From Candidatus Woesearchaeota archaeon (GTDB lineage: Archaea; Nanobdellota; Nanobdellia; Woesearchaeales; JABGUJ01): a stretch of DNA of 64,000 nt. The notes below the pieces were generated by a model that saw only the letters and a program-made list of their open reading frames with translations, was not told the DNA's origin and did not search any database. Numbering within the stretch: the stretch's first letter is position 1; every line of letters starts with the position of its first letter. Below, in pieces: positions 47,672 through 57,515 of the stretch. The stretch spans positions 288,843-352,842 of the forward strand of contig JABGUJ010000002.1 in assembly GCA_018646625.1 (NCBI GenBank), in the 5' to 3' direction. The translations under genes were made by a program, and so were the position numbers.

Positions 47672-47936
47672 TTAAATACTAATGCAACAGAGTTCTAAAA
47701 ACCACAATTAGTAAATGCCATAATTGTGCAGTAGTTTGGAAATATTTTCCAAATAGGTCTAAAAAAGCCAAATCTATTGAAAATTATGCCTCTTTATACG
47801 AGATATCTTCTTATTCTACTTTCCACCCCATAATTGGTATAATATTTCATCAAGGGGGCTAAGATGTAGAAAAGTAATCAAAACAAGAATGTCAAAAAAA
47901 GAGAAAAAACTAATGAAAACTTGGAGGTAAGTTAGA

Positions 47937-49151
47937 ATGGCAGATCCATTACTACAATCATTAAGCGCACACAGAGAGAGAACAGGAGAACCAATGAAAG
48001 TTCTCATGGTGAACACAGGAGGAACATTTACTTGTTTACCTAATAAAAAAGGGTTACTCGAACCAATACAATCAGAGAAAGAACTTAACAAATTGATTAC
48101 AGATGGACTCAATCTGAAAACATTCGTTAACAAGGGGTTACTTAAGATTAGAATAATCCATTTGTTTAATGTCGATAGTAGTCAGATGACTGAGAAGCAA
48201 AGAGACCAAATTGTTAATGCAATACAAGCAGACTACACCGAAATAGATGGCGTAGTGATCATACATGGAACAGACACAGGTGCAGATACGGCAAAGTTTT
48301 TGCATTTAGCCCTCCCATACTATGATCCAAGAACAATTTGGAAAGATGAAATAAGAAATTTTAATTGGGGTAAACCAGTTCTTGTTCTATCATCGCAAGT
48401 TCCTGCAGTTGATTCCGTAGACGATGAATTGACATATCGAATAGATAGTGACGGGCCAATGAATCTTTCTTTAGCATTGATGATAATTGCCGATGAAAAT
48501 GTTGGCGAAGCAGGAATAATAACAAACAACGGAGAAGGACTAAGAGGAACAGCTTGCGAAAAAGGAGCGGAAGTAGACATTCCACCGTACAGAACAGATC
48601 CCGGAGTTCCGGCGTTAGCAAAGTACACAGCATTAGGAATAAGATATTTACCTCAAGGGTTTTTGCAAAGAGCAGGAGAAGGACGAACGTTTGTTCCATT
48701 TGTCATAGGAGGATCATCAGACTACGAGAGTAAAGTGATTACCGTGTATGAATCATCCCACCTAAACATTTTGAAAGCATATACTGCGACCAAAGGAAGC
48801 GCGGCTGAAGCACTGAAAGAAGAATTACCAGAAGTGGCAATATATGTTTCAAAGGGAGCAGGAAATGTAATGGGGAGAGACTATGATCTATTGAAGAAAA
48901 TGGAAACAGAAGGACTGGTTGCATTTCGCGTACCTCTTCCCGGGGGAAGAATACCCGCACATCAAGTGTATGATGTTCCAGGACACGAGATTCCTGCATT
49001 GAACATGCAACCACAGACTGCCAAGTATAAAGCAATGATGACTTTATATCTGGCAGACAAAGTATTCAAAATAAAGAAAGATAAAAGACGCGAATTTATT
49101 AACAAAATGATGACATCTGCGTGGGGAAATGAATTTCTGCCAAGACGTTAA
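47937..49151 (+). CDS. Type I L-asparaginase-like protein, divergent
   Basis: NTGGT, DSSQM, IIHGTDT, KPV...SSQ, GAGN. Confidence 0.8.
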   Translation: MADPLLQSLSAHRERTGEPMKVLMVNTGGTFTCLPNKKGLLEPIQSEKELNKLITDGLNLKTFVNKGLLKIRIIHLFNVDSSQMTEKQRDQIVNAIQADYTEIDGVVIIHGTDTGADTAKFLHLALPYYDPRTIWKDEIRNFNWGKPVLVLSSQVPAVDSVDDELTYRIDSDGPMNLSLALMIIADENVGEAGIITNNGEGLRGTACEKGAEVDIPPYRTDPGVPALAKYTALGIRYLPQGFLQRAGEGRTFVPFVIGGSSDYESKVITVYESSHLNILKAYTATKGSAAEALKEELPEVAIYVSKGAGNVMGRDYDLLKKMETEGLVAFRVPLPGGRIPAHQVYDVPGHEIPALNMQPQTAKYKAMMTLYLADKVFKIKKDKRREFINKMMTSAWGNEFLPRR

Positions 49152-49214
49152 TCATTTATTTTTTTATTTTTATTTTATGTAATAATTAAAAGAAAAATAA
49201 GAAGAAATAAGAAA

Positions 49215-49892
49215 TTATTTGCAAGCGTTGTACTCACAACCTCTAGGACAATCGTATTCTACGCTATCAATTAAGTTAGCATCGTCACAGAAGTATTCAA
49301 TCAGAGTTGTTTCATTAAGACAAGTATCATCTTTGTACTCTACATCGCCAACCACTCTTGAACTTTTGTCGTAGTTTAGGCCGTTGTCTTTATCGTAACA
49401 ACTTCCAGGCGTAATGCATTCTCCTTTAGAACAGCTACCTTTGACACCGCAGTCAACTACAACTTCAGCTTCAGGCGCAAGTTTACAAAATGCTTTCTTA
49501 GTTCCCGGATTCTTACAAACACCAATATCATACGTTCGGATAGCAGTATCGAATTGACAGCTCGCAGAAACAAGTTCTCCTTCACCACAATCTTCATCAG
49601 AATAACATTCAACATCTACCGGATCAGGCATAGCCTCAATCACAGGTTCTGATTCAATTATTTCAGTATTGTCAGGTGATTCAACCTCAGCAACAACATC
49701 CACGCCTGGCGTGATGTCTTCAACAACAGTAGTTTCTTTGGGAGCATCCTCAGTTGGAACATACTCCGAACAGAGTGAGAAGTCAGTGACGGCTGTGTCG
49801 TCTTCACAAGTAATGTAATCAACCTTCGAACATGCAGCAAAAAGAAAAATCGTCAGTAAAACTAAAATCCCTAGTAATATTTTCTTAACCAT
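49215..49892 (-). CDS. Cys-rich surface lipoprotein
   Basis: FAAC lipobox; C..D.DC, CYDKDNG, D.C....LIEYFC, CP.GC...AC. Confidence 0.7.
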   Translation of the reverse strand: MVKKILLGILVLLTIFLFAACSKVDYITCEDDTAVTDFSLCSEYVPTEDAPKETTVVEDITPGVDVVAEVESPDNTEIIESEPVIEAMPDPVDVECYSDEDCGEGELVSASCQFDTAIRTYDIGVCKNPGTKKAFCKLAPEAEVVVDCGVKGSCSKGECITPGSCYDKDNGLNYDKSSRVVGDVEYKDDTCLNETTLIEYFCDDANLIDSVEYDCPRGCEYNACK

Positions 49893-49976
49893 AGTCTAAA
49901 TGTATGAAATCGCCTATTTAAAGTTTTAGGTTATCTGCCAGAAAGATTTAAAAACAAGGCTAGATAGCAGATATGC

Positions 49977-50951
49977 ATGCTAAATGTGATTGATCTAGGC
50001 GTTCTAGTTTTAGGAATGGTTGCTGTATGGTACGGTGCAGGACTTGTTATTGATGCCTCTGTAAGGGTAGCTAAGGCCTTGAAGATCCACGAAGCATTTA
50101 TTGGATTAACAATACTCTCTATCGGTACATCGTTGCCAGAAATATTCACGCATATTATGTCCAGTGTTTATATTCTGAAAGGTGTAGATGCTAGCGGTAT
50201 TTCTGTAGGTACTAATATAGGTTCTAATTTAGTTCAGATCACTTTGATTCTAGGAGTGGTTGCAATTTTCTTGAAAGTAAAAGCCAAACAGAAAGAATTG
50301 TACAGAGATTACATGATTATGATTGCATCTATAGTGATTCTCTGGCTTTTTAGTTTAGGAGGATATATTAGTAGAATTGAAGGTGCCGTGCTTACTATTT
50401 TGTACATAGCATACATGATTTATTTGTTTAAACATGAACACGTGGTTGCGAAAGTAGAAAGTAAAGATCATAAAAATCCACATTATTGGAAAAACGGTGG
50501 AATATTAGCTGTTGGTTTTGTAATACTTCTTTATGGTGCTCATTTAGTTGTTACAAGGGGAGAATCATTGGCAGAAGCATGGGGCATTGCAGACTCTGTA
50601 TTAGGTGCTTTGATTATTGGATTTGGAACTGCACTCCCTGAATTGACGACAGCGGTTCGCGGAGTTATGAAAGGCGCATCAGGAATGTCTTTAGGTACTT
50701 TGATTGGAAGTAACATAACCAACCCATTATTCGCATTAGGTGTCGGTGCGATTATTTCAGGTTATACGGTTGATTGGAACATATTATGGGTAGATTTGCC
50801 AATATGGTTTGGTGTTTCGATTTTAGGTTTTGTATTTTTCAAAGGATGGTTGCCATGGTTTGGTAAAAAGTTAGAAATAAATCATAAAGAGGGGATGGTG
50901 TTGTTGTCACTTTATGTTGCATATATTGCGTTTAAAATCTATTTGTTGTGA
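49977..50951 (+). CDS. Na+/Ca2+ antiporter (CaCA/YrbG family)
   Basis: Two alpha-repeats GTSLPE/GTALPE and GSN. Confidence 0.93.
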   Translation: MLNVIDLGVLVLGMVAVWYGAGLVIDASVRVAKALKIHEAFIGLTILSIGTSLPEIFTHIMSSVYILKGVDASGISVGTNIGSNLVQITLILGVVAIFLKVKAKQKELYRDYMIMIASIVILWLFSLGGYISRIEGAVLTILYIAYMIYLFKHEHVVAKVESKDHKNPHYWKNGGILAVGFVILLYGAHLVVTRGESLAEAWGIADSVLGALIIGFGTALPELTTAVRGVMKGASGMSLGTLIGSNITNPLFALGVGAIISGYTVDWNILWVDLPIWFGVSILGFVFFKGWLPWFGKKLEINHKEGMVLLSLYVAYIAFKIYLL

Positions 50952-51757
50952 GGCTAATGAAATTTGCAGTAATTGTATCTACAAAAGATGCCGCGGGAAT
51001 GAATATTAAAGAACGACTTCTTGAAAGATTTGATTTTAAGGAGAATGGCGAGAAGTTCGGTCACCCAAGTTATTTCTTTGAGAATATTGAATTGTATACA
51101 ACAGATTTAGAGTCTGTTGATTGTGAAGAGTATGATAAAGAGTTAGATGTTGATGTAGTGGTGTTTGCAACAAAGCATCAAGCAGCTTCGGGAGTACAAT
51201 CATTATCAGTTCATGCACCAGGTAATTGGGGAGACGCAGGATTAGGGGGCAAGGAGAAAACCCTTTGTGTTGCACCTTCTTGTCTTTTGAAGTTTGCTTT
51301 GTTAAAGTTGAAAGAGTTGAATTCTGAGAAAGAATTGGGTTATGAAGTTATTCAAGAATGTACGCATCATGGACCTTATATGGAAAAACCAGTTATGTTT
51401 ATTGAGATTGGAAGTGAAGAAAAGTCATGGGAGAGAAAGGATGCAGCAGAAGTTATCGCAGATACTATCTTGCATTTTTGTCGTTCATTAATACCTTCTT
51501 ACCCAATCGCATTTGGAATTGGAGGGTTGCATCATACACCCCGGTTTACTTCGTTGATGTATAAAACAGATTATTGTTTTGGTCATGTTTGTCCGAAGTA
51601 TCGACTCGAAGATTTGGATTCGGCTTTGGTTAAAGAGGCTATGGAGAAGTCTGGTGCAGAAAAGATATTCTTAGAGTGGAAAGGTTTGGCAGGCTTTAAG
51701 GAGAAAGTTACTACGCTGCTGGATGATATGGGATTAGAGTATGAAAAGGTGAAATAG
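50948..51757 (+). CDS. dtdA: D-aminoacyl-tRNA deacylase (archaeal DTD2 type)
   Basis: D.AG.NI, F...H, LSVHAPGN, ECTHHGP, FIEIGS...W, GIGG.H, GHVCPKY. Confidence 0.9.
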   Translation: MRLMKFAVIVSTKDAAGMNIKERLLERFDFKENGEKFGHPSYFFENIELYTTDLESVDCEEYDKELDVDVVVFATKHQAASGVQSLSVHAPGNWGDAGLGGKEKTLCVAPSCLLKFALLKLKELNSEKELGYEVIQECTHHGPYMEKPVMFIEIGSEEKSWERKDAAEVIADTILHFCRSLIPSYPIAFGIGGLHHTPRFTSLMYKTDYCFGHVCPKYRLEDLDSALVKEAMEKSGAEKIFLEWKGLAGFKEKVTTLLDDMGLEYEKVK

Positions 51758-51830
51758 CCTTCTAAGAATATGAAAAATATAAAATATATAAATTAAATTA
51801 TATAAATAGTAAAATAATTCTATTCAAAAA

Positions 51831-52949
51831 ATGGCAGATTTGAAGAAAGTTGCGCAAGATATCCTGGATTTAGCAGATGTTAAGATCGGCGGCAGGAGAG
51901 AGTGGGATATTCAAGTTAAAGATGATAGATTTTATTCTAGGGTGTTGTCTCAAGGGTCATTAGGTCTAGGAGAATCCTACATGGAAGGCTGGTGGGAGTG
52001 CAAAAGACTGGATAAGCTAATGGATAAGGTTCTGAGAGCTCAATTAGATAGTAAGGTCGTTAACAAATTACAACTAGTTTCTGGTGTGGTTAAAGCCAAG
52101 GTTATGAATCTTCAAAAGAAGTCAAGGGCTTTCAAAATCGGCGAACATCATTATGATATTGGAAATGATCTATACACCTTAATGTTGGATAAGAGGATGG
52201 CCTATACTTGCGGATACTGGAAAAAAGCGAAAAATCTTAATCAAGCTCAAGACGCAAAATTAAAACTAGTTTGCGATAAAATTGGATTAAAGAAAGGTAT
52301 GAAGGTGTTGGATATCGGTTGTGGCTGGGGAAGTTTTGCTAAGTTTGCTGCAGAAAAATATAAAGTTAAAGTTGTAGGTATAACAGTTTCTAAAGAACAA
52401 GCTTTGTTGGCGAGAGAGAAATGTAAAGGTTTACCTGTTGAGATAAGATTACAAGATTATCGAGATGTGGATGAGAAATTCGATAGGATTGTTTCACTAG
52501 GCATGATTGAGCATGTCGGTCACAAAAATTATAAAACTTATATGAAAGTTGCAGAGAAATGTTTGAGGCCTGAAGGACTGTTTTTGCTACATACCATTGG
52601 AGGATTAAAGTCAGTTAAATCATGTGATCCTTGGATCACAAAATATATTTTTCCTAACTCTATGCTGCCTTCTGTAAAACAAATTGCAGATGCTGCAGAA
52701 GGATTGTTTATAGTTGAAGACCTCCATAACTTCGGACCAGACTATGACAAAACTCTGATGGCTTGGTTCAAAAATTTTGATAAGGGATGGAATAAGATTA
52801 AGAACAATTATACTGAACAATTTTATAGAATGTGGAAATATTATCTTCTTGTTTGCGCTGGTTCTTTTAGGGCGCGTAAGAATCAACTTTGGCAGATTGT
52901 TTTAGCTAAAGAGGATGTTAAAGAAGGATATAAGCACAGAACTCATTGA
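51831..52949 (+). CDS. cfa: Cyclopropane-fatty-acyl-phospholipid synthase
   Basis: GSLGLGESYM.GWW, HYDIGNDLY..MLD..M.YTCGYW, LDIGCGWG, EHVG.KNY, DPWI.KYIFP, RMW.YYL..CAG.FRAR..QLWQ. Confidence 0.92.
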   Translation: MADLKKVAQDILDLADVKIGGRREWDIQVKDDRFYSRVLSQGSLGLGESYMEGWWECKRLDKLMDKVLRAQLDSKVVNKLQLVSGVVKAKVMNLQKKSRAFKIGEHHYDIGNDLYTLMLDKRMAYTCGYWKKAKNLNQAQDAKLKLVCDKIGLKKGMKVLDIGCGWGSFAKFAAEKYKVKVVGITVSKEQALLAREKCKGLPVEIRLQDYRDVDEKFDRIVSLGMIEHVGHKNYKTYMKVAEKCLRPEGLFLLHTIGGLKSVKSCDPWITKYIFPNSMLPSVKQIADAAEGLFIVEDLHNFGPDYDKTLMAWFKNFDKGWNKIKNNYTEQFYRMWKYYLLVCAGSFRARKNQLWQIVLAKEDVKEGYKHRTH

Positions 52950-53011
52950 GTACTATTTCTCAGTAGTTAATGCAAGATAGCTTTATATATTGGTTGTAGA
53001 ACCGGCGTTAC

Positions 53012-53722
53012 ATGGATTTAGGAAGTATATTGGACGCGTATGTGGCTTTTCAAGCAGCACACCCTGTGATAGGTTCTATGGCTACAGCGGAAGTTGTGTA
53101 TACAGCATCAGATGCGATTTCTCAATTAGTAACAGATAGAAAAATCAATCCAGCCAAGTTAGGACACACAGCATTATCCGCACCAGTCTATGGCATAGGT
53201 TTAGAAGCATTGATGCAAACAGGTAATGCAGTTGGTGCAACCATATCAGATAATCCAATTGCAATGGCAGCACTTGGTCCAAACTTATGGGGTAATTTGT
53301 TTAACACAGTTTTTTTTACTAATTGCACAATTGCAGAAAGAGTTGGATATAATATTAAAGAAGCGTTCAGATCAAGTGTGTCAGATGACGCAGTAGAATT
53401 AATGAATTATGAACGATCTGAAAGAAATGGTTTTTTAGGATTCTATGATAATGTTAAAAGTTTTTGTGGCAACGTAAGAGATAAATATTTTTCAAATGTT
53501 CCTGGAAGAGAATACATGTATGCTACTGTTGCAACGTTTACGCTGTGGAATGGTTTTCAAGCAGCAAACTATGCATACATACCAGATGAAATGAGAACTC
53601 CAGTAACTTTAGGAGCTGCATTTGTATGGACAATCGTGATGTCATTATGGTCTCTTAAAGGCGGAAGAAAAGTTGTGAGTGAAGAGCTTCAAGAGATTCC
53701 TGAATTAGGGAAGGAAAGTTAA
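53012..53722 (+). CDS. Mpv17/PMP22-like membrane protein
   Basis: HP......T.......SD.ISQ near the N-terminus; W...Q..NY.YIP...R.......AFVW..VMS near the C-terminus. Confidence 0.6.
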   Translation: MDLGSILDAYVAFQAAHPVIGSMATAEVVYTASDAISQLVTDRKINPAKLGHTALSAPVYGIGLEALMQTGNAVGATISDNPIAMAALGPNLWGNLFNTVFFTNCTIAERVGYNIKEAFRSSVSDDAVELMNYERSERNGFLGFYDNVKSFCGNVRDKYFSNVPGREYMYATVATFTLWNGFQAANYAYIPDEMRTPVTLGAAFVWTIVMSLWSLKGGRKVVSEELQEIPELGKES

Positions 53723-54643
53723 TTTTTTATATTCTTGTGACCAGAAAACAATCTTACGTATGTTCTTGAAACGTGTTCTGAGTTTATCTAACAGATTTTC
53801 TAGTTCAATTCTATCCTTTACTTCGACCTCAACCTCTATGTCACAGGTGCCAATTATTCGTTGCAGCCAGACGACATTCTTATTTGTATTTGCCCACCCT
53901 TCAATCTCAGATAAATTATGATTATCATCAAGATAGATCTCTAAGAAGTAATTCATGTAACCCAGCTTTAGATAATCTATTTCTGCCCTGTAACCAATAA
54001 TTATGCCTTTCTTTTCCATGTTTTTTATCTTTGCAGATACAGTTGTTTGCGGAATAGTTAATTCTTTAGCAATCTGAGTTGTAGATAGCCTTGCATTTTC
54101 TGATAGTTGTTTTAGAATTAAAAAGTCACTCACATCATGATTAATTTCATCGTCAGGTTTTTGATCAAAACTGTTGGTGTGGTAATCTTTGCCAAAAAGA
54201 TAATCTTTGGGATAAACACTAAATTTACAAAATACAGTGTGATGATATTTCACCAAGTTCCTACCAAGTTTTTGTTTTATCTTAATGAGTGCAGATTCAA
54301 CATCATAGATTGATTTCACCCAAAGCAGTATTCCGTATCTGTAGGGATAATCCATCCTAAAGATTAATCCCGCACCAATCTCTTTGTCAAGAAAAGTTAC
54401 AAGATCTTGTTCCTCTTTAGAATTCATTTCTTCAATGTCAAGGTAAAGTCTGGTAGTATGATATCCAAGTTTGTGCATGTTGAGAACGGGAAAATATCTT
54501 TTGACTATTCCTTGTTCTTCTAATCGTTTTATTCTGTATGCAACAACATCTTTGTTGGACTTTACTTTTTTAGCGATCTGAGTTATTGGCTCTCTACCGC
54601 TCCAATCAAGTATTTGAAGTATTTTCCAATCTAATCTATCCAT
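53705..54643 (-). CDS. Tandem (double-domain) Lrp/AsnC regulator
   Basis: Two repeats of D..D..IL..L....R...T.IA... plus RAM-like domains. Confidence 0.85.
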   Translation of the reverse strand: MDRLDWKILQILDWSGREPITQIAKKVKSNKDVVAYRIKRLEEQGIVKRYFPVLNMHKLGYHTTRLYLDIEEMNSKEEQDLVTFLDKEIGAGLIFRMDYPYRYGILLWVKSIYDVESALIKIKQKLGRNLVKYHHTVFCKFSVYPKDYLFGKDYHTNSFDQKPDDEINHDVSDFLILKQLSENARLSTTQIAKELTIPQTTVSAKIKNMEKKGIIIGYRAEIDYLKLGYMNYFLEIYLDDNHNLSEIEGWANTNKNVVWLQRIIGTCDIEVEVEVKDRIELENLLDKLRTRFKNIRKIVFWSQEYKKLTFLP

Positions 54644-54763
54644 TAGTTAAGATATTTAACTGTTTTTTATAAAAGTATCGCTAATTATCGGAAATTAAGC
54701 ACACAACTTTTATTTATCAGCAACAGTTGTTCTTTACTTACTAGTAACTAATGAGGCAATTGT

Positions 54764-55135
54764 ATGACGATCGAAGAAAAACTTGAATGGAAGAATCTAG
54801 CTCCAAATTTAATCAGACAAAGATTGATAATAGAAGGTACGACTGAACTTTTAGTTGAGCCAGATCAAATAGCAGATTACTTGTTAAAATTAGCAGATGT
54901 AACTCAGATGGAAGTGATGGCAGGACCATATACTTCAAGTGCACACGAATTGGGTTTTAGTGGATGGATTCATTGGAGAACATCAGGATGTCATTTTTAC
55001 AGTTACCCAACCAATCCCCCATTGTTTACGGTTGATACCTATACATGCAAACCATTCTCAGTCGAAGAAGCAGCTCAATTTACAAAAGAATACTTTTCTA
55101 CAAAAGAAATTGTGTGGAAAGAAATTAAAGTTTAA
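54764..55135 (+). CDS. S-adenosylmethionine decarboxylase-like (pyruvoyl) proenzyme, variant
   Basis: GFSG..HW.TSG.HFY.YP and VD.YTCKPF align to the SpeD pattern G.SG...L.ESH..IHT.P...D.YTC. Confidence 0.65.
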   Translation: MTIEEKLEWKNLAPNLIRQRLIIEGTTELLVEPDQIADYLLKLADVTQMEVMAGPYTSSAHELGFSGWIHWRTSGCHFYSYPTNPPLFTVDTYTCKPFSVEEAAQFTKEYFSTKEIVWKEIKV

Positions 55136-55929
55136 TATCCAAGGTTAAATCCTTGTCTCCAACCAAAGAATCTGTTGATTGTAATGTTTTGCACATGACG
55201 TTTTTCAGTTGTAATATTTTCTAGTGCAGTGAATGTTTTTGTTGTTTTTATTGTCCGAATAACTGTTCGGTTTCTGAACTTAACAACAGGTTTAGATTTC
55301 CTAACATCTTCATAGAATGAATATTCGCAGATCTCTTTTGCAGGAGCGTCTTCAATCATATGAATACAAGTTTTTGGTTTAAATACCCCTTCTTCAAGAT
55401 AGAATATGAAATCTTTCTCGTTGCCAGGCATGATATCAAGTGTTAAAGCTTCACTTTCAGGTCCCAAACCAGTACTTTCGCCAGTAAATTTAGCTCTAAT
55501 GGTCCAGTTGTGGTGTTTATCACCATTATTAGTGATTCTAACTTGGCATTTATAACGCGTAACATCATCTTTGGATTCGTAATATCCTTGGACATCTACG
55601 TCATAATCATACTTTTCACGCCTACACGTCTCTTTCCCAACACCTTCTTTTTCATAATAGAATTCTGTAGCATTATACGGTACACGCTCAACAAATGTTT
55701 TGTTTGTGAACTCAATTTCGTCATAAACATTAGGTACAGTTTCTATAACTCGTATTGTCTTTACAGTTGTGACGGTTTTTGCACTTGTAAATACGTAAAA
55801 AAGAACTGCGAGCACCACGAGAGCGATGATAAACTTGTTACGATAGCTCTTATACCTGGATTTCATTTGAACGTCATGCTCTTCATGATCGTTCACTCCT
55901 GCTATTCTTGCCCTAAATTTCTCTGCCAT
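55132..55929 (-). CDS. Hypothetical membrane-anchored beta-rich protein
   Basis: One TM, T/V-rich strands, four Cys. Confidence 0.6.
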   Translation of the reverse strand: MAEKFRARIAGVNDHEEHDVQMKSRYKSYRNKFIIALVVLAVLFYVFTSAKTVTTVKTIRVIETVPNVYDEIEFTNKTFVERVPYNATEFYYEKEGVGKETCRREKYDYDVDVQGYYESKDDVTRYKCQVRITNNGDKHHNWTIRAKFTGESTGLGPESEALTLDIMPGNEKDFIFYLEEGVFKPKTCIHMIEDAPAKEICEYSFYEDVRKSKPVVKFRNRTVIRTIKTTKTFTALENITTEKRHVQNITINRFFGWRQGFNLGY

Positions 55930-55999
55930 CGTGGTTCTACTCTAAAGGAAAAACAAACACAAATAAATAATTTTGTATTTTGAAGCCAATTCTCAGCAA

Positions 56000-56710
56000 T
56001 TACTTCTTACCAGCATCATCTGCTGGACAGATTTCATTTATAATTACTTCAGGAATCTTATCTTCAACCATCTTCTTTCTGATTATGGAAGTGGCTTTAT
56101 TAGCCATCTGTGCCATAATATCTTTAGCTTTCGCCTCAAACTTCTTTCTCTTGGAAGCTAATTCTTCTTCCATTTTCTTCTTTTCTTCTTCAAGAGCCTT
56201 CAGTTCTTCATCAGAAAGTTCAGTCTTGCCTGATTCGATCTTTGCTTTGTGAGCACCTTCATTGATGTCTTTGATGGTTTCATCAGCAATTTTACCTTCA
56301 ACCATTATACCCATCGCTCTACAAGTACCGCAAATCTCTTTAACTCTGGAAAAATTATCTTTTCCCAATAATGAGTCGGCTTTCATGTTTGCAACTTTGA
56401 TTATTTGTTCAATTTTAAGATCTGCTACAAAATCAACAGTAGGTCTACCTGATGCTTTCGCAATTCCAGCTTCTTTTTTAATCAAAGCGCTAGCAGGTGG
56501 TGTACCTATCTTAATCTCAAAATCTTTTGTTTCAGTATCAACAGTAACTTTTACAGGAACTTTCATTCCTTTGAAATCACCTGTTTTTTTGTTAATTTCA
56601 GTAACAACTTGACCAATATTCACTCCAAGAGGTCCTAGAGCGGGTCCTAATGGTGGAGCAGCACTTGCTTTTCCTCCTTCTATTAGCGTTTCAACAGTTT
56701 CTTTAGCCAT
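56000..56710 (-). CDS. rpl11: 50S ribosomal protein L11 with C-terminal extension
   Basis: GGKA.AAPPLGPALGP.GVN, F.GMKVPVKV, GTPPASALI, KEI.GTC..MG. Confidence 0.95.
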   Translation of the reverse strand: MAKETVETLIEGGKASAAPPLGPALGPLGVNIGQVVTEINKKTGDFKGMKVPVKVTVDTETKDFEIKIGTPPASALIKKEAGIAKASGRPTVDFVADLKIEQIIKVANMKADSLLGKDNFSRVKEICGTCRAMGIMVEGKIADETIKDINEGAHKAKIESGKTELSDEELKALEEEKKKMEEELASKRKKFEAKAKDIMAQMANKATSIIRKKMVEDKIPEVIINEICPADDAGKK

Positions 56711-56712
56711 TT

Positions 56713-57300
56713 CTATTCACCTTCCTCTTCATCTCCCTCTCTTCGAATGACCTTTACAGAGTCTAGTTTAAGAGTTATTGGAATCGGGACTGCCGCCTCA
56801 AGAAGTTCAACAACGACTTCTTCTTTGCCTTTGTCGATTCTTGTAATCTTGGCTTTCTCCCTTTTGAAAGGTCCAGAGATAATTTCAACAATATCGTTCT
56901 TCATAATGTTAACTTCTTTCTTGACCTGTTCGAGCATGTGTTCAATTTCTTTGTAATCAACAGGTGCAGGCAATATACCTCTAGCGTACGGAACGCCATA
57001 AGATGCTTCTTCTGCTTGTTGTTTAGTATCTGCTTCTAAGAATATGTAACCACGCATACCGTGAGGTCTAATCACAGAAAATACGTTAAATCCTTTTCTT
57101 TCAATGTGACCAATAAGAAAATCCATTACTTGATCTTCTCGATTTGCAGTAGTTCTAAGTGCGAAGATTAAATTTTTGTGAACTATTTCTACAGGAACTT
57201 CTTTTTCTGTAGTCTCTTTAGTTTCTTCAACTTCTTCGTGTTCTTCAGGTACGTTTTCCTGAGCATCTACTGGCCGTTTCGGTTGTTTTATTTCGTCCAT
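56713..57300 (-). CDS. spt5: Transcription elongation factor Spt5/NusG
   Basis: IFA.RTT..RE, GYIF.EA, KOW DIVEIISGPFK.EKAK. Confidence 0.93.
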   Translation of the reverse strand: MDEIKQPKRPVDAQENVPEEHEEVEETKETTEKEVPVEIVHKNLIFALRTTANREDQVMDFLIGHIERKGFNVFSVIRPHGMRGYIFLEADTKQQAEEASYGVPYARGILPAPVDYKEIEHMLEQVKKEVNIMKNDIVEIISGPFKREKAKITRIDKGKEEVVVELLEAAVPIPITLKLDSVKVIRREGDEEEGE

Positions 57301-57301
57301 T

Positions 57302-57493
57302 TTACAAAAGTAACTCCTTCCCCATTGCGAATAAGAATCCTAAAAATCCAATGATGAGTAAACCGAGACCTGAAACCTTAACTATAGTCTTAAACTCGAA
57401 GTTGGTAGGTTTTTTTGTAACTTTAACTACCCTAATGCACTCCTTACAAAATCTCGCGATCTTTTGTTTTTTGCCAGGTTCTTCGTTTTCCAT
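57302..57493 (-). CDS. secE: Protein translocase SecE/Sec61-gamma
   Basis: RV.K.TKKP...EF....KVSG.G...IG..GF; position between ftsZ and spt5. Confidence 0.92.
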   Translation of the reverse strand: MENEEPGKKQKIARFCKECIRVVKVTKKPTNFEFKTIVKVSGLGLLIIGFLGFLFAMGKELLL

Positions 57494-57515
57494 CTTGAAA
57501 TTCTTACCCTCTTTT

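Noticed and set aside
47937..49151. GatD amidotransferase subunit
   Set aside because: Lacks the GatD N-terminal domain and no gatE is adjacent; kept as asparaginase-like.
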